Source: an uncultured Chloroflexia bacterium (GTDB lineage Bacteria > Chloroflexota > Limnocylindria > Limnocylindrales > CSP1-4). Taken from it: a stretch of DNA of 64,000 nt. Where the stretch lies: positions 8,662-72,661 of the forward strand of contig CAVYBA010000002.1 in assembly GCA_963766675.1 (NCBI GenBank). The letters are read 5' to 3'. The notes below the pieces were generated by a model. It saw nothing but the letters and a program-made list of their open reading frames with translations, did not search any database and was not told the origin of the DNA. Made by a program: the position numbers and the translations under genes. Positions 59,602 through 64,000 of this stretch are shown here, piece by piece; within the stretch, counting starts at the first letter, position 1, and each line of letters starts with the position of its first letter.

Positions 59602-61317
59602 GTGCCAGACCCACTGCTCCCTGCGATGGATCGATTGAAGCTACCCGTGCGCGCCCAGGTGCGCGACGCCGTCGAACGGGCGTGGACCCGGGCCGTTGCC
59701 GCCGGCTCGCTGCCGGCACTCGCGCCGGACACGGCGCCTCCCGCGGTCGAGGTGGAGCGGCCGGCCGACGCGGAGCACGGGGACTTCGCCAGCAACCTCG
59801 CGATGAAGCTGGCCCGTCCATATCGGCTGGCTCCGCTGGCCATCGCCGCGCCGCTCGCCGATCAGCTGGCTCGTGAGGCGATGGATGACCCGACGGCCAC
59901 ACCGATCGCGGCGGTTGAGGTGGCACCGCCCGGGTTCCTCAACCTCCGCCTCGCCGATCGCGCCCTGGAGGTCGCGGTGGCCGGCGTTCTCGAGGAGCCC
60001 GACGGCTGGGGCCGTGTGGCACCGCTCGGTCGCCGCTCGGTCAACGTCGAATTCGTGTCGGCCAATCCGACGGGGCCACTCCACATCGGCAACGCGCGAG
60101 GCGCCTTCGTGGGCGACCTGCTCTGCCGCGTGCTCGAGGCCGGCGGGCAGCAGGTCACACGCGAGTACTACTTCAACGACTCCGGCGGCCAGATCCGGAA
60201 CCTCGGCGCCTCGGTCGCGGCGCTCCGCCGAGGAGACCCCGTGCCGGACGACGGCTACAAGGGCGACTACGTCGGGGACCTCGCCAGCGCACTGCCGGCC
60301 GACATTTGGACCTCGGCCACCGCGCCCGGCGCCGACATGGACGGGATCGTCGGTCATTGGGCGGCCGGCCGGGTCCGCGAGGGCATCGAACGCAGCCTGG
60401 CCGCGCTGGGCGTCCGGTTCGACGTGTGGACCAGCGAGGCCCGACTCCATGACGAGGGCTGGGTCGACCGGGCGGTGCACCGCCTGCGCGACCACGGCCA
60501 CGTCTTCGAGCAGGACGGCGCCATCTGGTTCCGATCGACCGACTTCGGCGATGACAAGGACCGCGTGATCATCAAGTCGAACGGCGAGCCGACCTATTTC
60601 GCGGCGGACATCGGGTACGTCACCGAGAAGTTCAGTCGCGGCTTCGATGATCTCATCTACATCTGGGGCGCCGACCACCACGGCACGGTCGCTCGGGTCC
60701 GGAACGCCGCGGAGGCGATGGGCTACGACCGCGACGCCGTGCGGATGCTGCTCTACTCCTGGGTCCGCTTCGTTCGCGACGGCCAGGAGGTCTCGATGTC
60801 GAAGCGCGCCGGCGAGTTCATCACCCTCGACGAGCTGCTGGCCGAAGTCGGCGTGGATGCCGCCCGATGGTTCTTCGCGTCACGCGGCGCGACGTCGGCG
60901 ATCGATTTCGACATCGAGCTCGCCAAGAAGCAGTCGAACGAGAACCCGGTCTACTACGTGCAGTACGCGCACGCGCGGATCGCATCGATCATGCGCAAGG
61001 CTGCGGAGGTCGGGCTGATGCCCGGACCTGGCGTCGAGGGCGCGCTCGGCGGCGCCCCCGAGGCCGCCCTCGCCCGGGCGGTGGTCAGGTTCCCGGAGGT
61101 CGTCGAAGATGCCGTCGCAGCCGAGGAAACCCAGGGCATCACGGCCTACGCCACCGACCTGGCGACGACGTTCCACGGCTTCTATCGCGACGCGCGGGTG
61201 GTGGATCCCGGCGATCCGCAGCGGTCGGCCGCCCGGCTGGCGCTCGCCGCCGCCACTCGCATCTCGCTGGCAAACGCGCTCCGTCTCCTCGGCATCTCGG
61301 CGCCGGAGTCGATGTAG
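59602..61317 (+). CDS. argS: Arginine--tRNA ligase
   Basis: HGDFASN, PGFLN, EFVSANPTGPLHIG, GADHHG, MSKRAG, YVQYAHAR, PESM end. Confidence 0.97.
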   Translation: MPDPLLPAMDRLKLPVRAQVRDAVERAWTRAVAAGSLPALAPDTAPPAVEVERPADAEHGDFASNLAMKLARPYRLAPLAIAAPLADQLAREAMDDPTATPIAAVEVAPPGFLNLRLADRALEVAVAGVLEEPDGWGRVAPLGRRSVNVEFVSANPTGPLHIGNARGAFVGDLLCRVLEAGGQQVTREYYFNDSGGQIRNLGASVAALRRGDPVPDDGYKGDYVGDLASALPADIWTSATAPGADMDGIVGHWAAGRVREGIERSLAALGVRFDVWTSEARLHDEGWVDRAVHRLRDHGHVFEQDGAIWFRSTDFGDDKDRVIIKSNGEPTYFAADIGYVTEKFSRGFDDLIYIWGADHHGTVARVRNAAEAMGYDRDAVRMLLYSWVRFVRDGQEVSMSKRAGEFITLDELLAEVGVDAARWFFASRGATSAIDFDIELAKKQSNENPVYYVQYAHARIASIMRKAAEVGLMPGPGVEGALGGAPEAALARAVVRFPEVVEDAVAAEETQGITAYATDLATTFHGFYRDARVVDPGDPQRSAARLALAAATRISLANALRLLGISAPESM

Positions 61318-61344
61318 CCCGCCTGGCGGGCCGAACGAACCCGG

Positions 61345-62668
61345 TCAGACGCCGGTCGCCCCGAAGACGATGTCGAGCGCCAGCAGGGCATCGTCACTCG
61401 ACGCGACCAGGACCGTCACGTGCTTGCCGCCGGGCGCGGAGATCCGCGACGGATGACTGAGGCCGCCGATCGCGGTCGTGGCGGCATCGGCAAACTCCGA
61501 CGCGTCGGCAGCGGTGTCCCAGGCAGTGTCGATGACGACGCCCCACGCGCCGGCCGGACCCTTGGCCACGGCCAGGCGGTCGCCGCCCCAGCCGGCGGCC
61601 GCCGCGGTGGCGTCCGCGGGCTTCACGCCCGACTCCCGCAGCCAGTCCTGGATCTGGAGCTCGCCGAGGGTGTCCTCGAGCGGCACGGTCCATCCGTCAC
61701 CGAGCTGGTGGGCGAGATCGTCGGGGAGGGCAACCTTGACCGGCGCCTCGTCGGCGGCGTACTTCTCGGGGTGGAGGATCTGCTCGGTCGACACCGGCAT
61801 CCGTCTATAGAGGTCGTCGACCGCGGGCCAGCCGCCGCGGAGCTGTGCCGCCTGGACGAACGACAACCCCGTCGTGTACGGGTAGAGGAGGAGGTCGCGC
61901 AGGAAGGGTGGAGTCCGGTTCAGCACCGCCTGGGCGGCCGGGTCGGCGCTCAGGGCGATGTACGCGAGCATGTCCTGCGGACCGAAATGGGCCGCCGCCC
62001 AGAGGGTCATCAGGAGCGTGGCGTCGCCTTCGTAGATCGCCTGCCTGGCCAGGATCTCGTCCGACTCGTCGAGGATACCCTGCTGGTCCTTGAACACCGG
62101 GAAGTTCTGATCCTGGAGGGCGTGGTCGAACTCGTGCGCGAAGGTGATCCGCTCGCCCACACCGGGGAGACCCGTCTTCGAGACCACGTACAGCTTGCCC
62201 TGGTCGTGCCGATAGAAGCCGACCACCCCGCCGCTCGAGCATGTCGAGGGTCAGTGCGCGGAGGTTGCTGTCGGCGGGGATCAGTCCGAGCGCCTTGTAG
62301 AGCTGGTCGTTCGCAGCCACGTAGGCCGGCGGCGATTCACGGTCGAACTGGTCGGTCAGGATCGTCCGCAATTGCGCCTGGTCGATCGATTCGCGCGGTA
62401 CCGGACGGCTCGCCGCGAGCCCGCGGATCTCGATCACCTGTTGCTCGATCGCGTCGTAGATCGCACCGGCGTCGGCACTGGCCGACGGTGACGGAGACGC
62501 GGTCGGGCTGGCCGCCGTCGATGCCGAAGGCGTGGTGGTCGGCGGGGGAAGCGACGGCGTCGACGTGGGGCCGGACGTCCCGCACCCGCTCGTCGCGAGC
62601 ACGATGGAAACGACCGCGGCGGGGAGGGCCGAACGCCAGGCCCGGGCTCGTGGGCGCAGGTCGGACAT
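61345..62668 (-). CDS. Lipoprotein with HExxH...EGDA zincin-like motif (one apparent frameshift ~62235)
   Basis: Lipobox LATSGC, Pro/Ser/Thr linker, V..IRGL, then V.GFY...AHEFDHALQDQ...YEGDA...STEQILHPEKY...GWGGD. Confidence 0.75.
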
Positions 62669-62779
62669 GCGCGGGATTGTCGCACGGCGCCCCGGCTCGC
62701 CAACGGAAGGCGGCGGGAATATCGCTTTCTTAACCGGATGCCGACTCGACCCTGAATGCTGGTGCCGTAGCGTATCGCC

Positions 62780-62861
62780 TGGACGAACCCTCAACGGTTC
62801 CTTCCTCCCTCCCTCCGACCGGAGGCGCCGATTGGGCAGGCGCCTCCGGTCTCCCTTTTTC
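62780..62861 (+). ncRNA. Candidate small RNA (hairpin, CU-rich tract, terminator)
   Basis: TAGCGT -10 at 62768-62773; GAACC/GGTTC stem; CTTCCTCCCTCCCTCC; 13-bp stem 62817-62851 followed by TCCCTTTTT. Confidence 0.5.
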
Positions 62862-62970
62862 GGGGAGTGCCTGCGGCGGACGGCGGCGCCGATACTCGGC
62901 TCGGGGCGCCGAGTCTCGGTTCGGCCGTTGGCGAAGCGGCGGTGCAGGCGGCTGTGTCAGAATCGATCGG

Positions 62971-63645
62971 ATGGAGCTGACCTGGTACGGCCGCACGTGC
63001 ATTCGGATCCGCGGCCGTGAGGCGGTCGTGGTGGCCGATCCGTACCAGTCGGTGGTCGGCCCGACCGGGCGCGGCATCAGCGGCGATGTGGTCACGTTCA
63101 GCCACCCCGACGATGCCCCGCTCCCGAAAGCCAAGGGCAAGCGGTCGCGCGACGGGAAGACCCTGCTTCCGTCGAGCCTCGAGAACGCCTTCGTCCTGGA
63201 CGGACCCGGGGAGTACGAGGTCAAGGAAGTCCTCGTGACCGGGGTTCGCACGTACCGCGATGACGCTCGCGGGGCGGAGCTCGGCAAGCAGACCGCGTTC
63301 CTGATCGAGGTCGACGGCCTGCACACAATCCATCTCGGCGAGATCGGCCACCTGCTGTCCGAGGAGAAGCTCGCGGACATCGGCTCGGTCGACATCGCCT
63401 GCGTCCCGCTCGGCGGCTCGCTGTCACCGAGCCAGGCGGCGGCCGTAGTCGCGCAGCTCGACCCGCGGATCGTCGTCCCGATGCCGATCTGCGAGGACGA
63501 GGCGGAATGCGCCGAGGCGCTCAAGCGCTTCTTCCACGAGATGGGCGCCGAGGCGTCGACCCAACCCAAGGTGTCGGTCACCTCGACCAGCCTCCCGGCC
63601 GAGACGACGACGGTGCTCCTGGAGTCGCGCGGCAAGCCGGCCTGA
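62971..63645 (+). CDS. MBL-fold (Lactamase_B_3-like) protein
   Basis: MELTWYG..C.RI, DPY, D.VTFSH, GPGEYEVK, HLGE, P.IVVPM. Confidence 0.85.
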   Translation: MELTWYGRTCIRIRGREAVVVADPYQSVVGPTGRGISGDVVTFSHPDDAPLPKAKGKRSRDGKTLLPSSLENAFVLDGPGEYEVKEVLVTGVRTYRDDARGAELGKQTAFLIEVDGLHTIHLGEIGHLLSEEKLADIGSVDIACVPLGGSLSPSQAAAVVAQLDPRIVVPMPICEDEAECAEALKRFFHEMGAEASTQPKVSVTSTSLPAETTTVLLESRGKPA

Positions 63646-63682
63646 GCGTCGTCCGCCGACCGCCCTCGTTCTTGCCCGTCGC

Positions 63683-64000
63683 CTATCGGTCGATGACGAT
63701 CCGGCCCCGCTTGATCACCGTCCGGGCAAGGTCCGCTCCCGGCCAGTACGGGATCTGGATCGAGGTCGGAACGCGCCAGACGACCAGGTCGGCGCCCTTC
63801 CCGACCTCCAGCGACCCGACCTCGTCCTCCACGCCGAGGGCGCGCGCCGCGTTGATCGTCACCGCGCTGAGGGCCTCGTCGGGCGTCAGGCCGAGCTCGA
63901 CACAGGCCATCGTCATGGCCAGCGGCAGGTTGGCCGTCGGGGAGGTCCCGGGATTGAAGTCGGTCCCGATCGCGACCGGGATCCCGCGATCGATGAAGGT
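63683..64000 (-). CDS. hutI: Imidazolonepropionase (3' part; runs off window end)
   Basis: VAIGTDFNPGTSP...MAC...LTP.EAL...TINAARALG...GSLEVGK.ADL. Confidence 0.88.
   Translation of the reverse strand, partial: TFIDRGIPVAIGTDFNPGTSPTANLPLAMTMACVELGLTPDEALSAVTINAARALGVEDEVGSLEVGKGADLVVWRVPTSIQIPYWPGADLARTVIKRGRIVIDR

Overview
High-GC (~70%) bacterial chromosomal window. The gene repertoire and style suggest a monoderm Chloroflexota such as Ca. Limnocylindria or an actinobacterium-like lineage; this is inference only. Most of it is backbone: MFS transporter, ECF42 sigma/YciI pair, Prim-Pol and LigC, rplY, an OmpR/HK/HtrA cluster, folC-folP-folB, a PASTA kinase, galU, tRNA-Glu, a maltodextrin locus, tdh-kbl, argS and hutI. 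Notable elements: (1) a complete six-subunit Ech-type [NiFe] hydrogenase operon led by an Asp->Glu pseudo-receiver, ending in a ferredoxin, with divergent hypAB; (2) two tandem GT-C glycosyltransferases converging on a mucin-like Thr/Pro repeat protein with an LPATD-TM-basic tail, a candidate glycosylation and sorting system; (3) a candidate ~80-nt sRNA with an exposed anti-Shine-Dalgarno tract; (4) a BldC/Xis-like HTH gene coupled to a membrane protein, with 10-bp direct repeats upstream; (5) many genes with leaderless promoter architecture. From ~43.5 to 55.6 kb nearly every gene carries single-base indels, most likely consensus errors, so coordinates there are approximate. I saw no CRISPR array, rRNA, transposase or integrase. 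All calls come from reading motifs by eye; no database searches were run.
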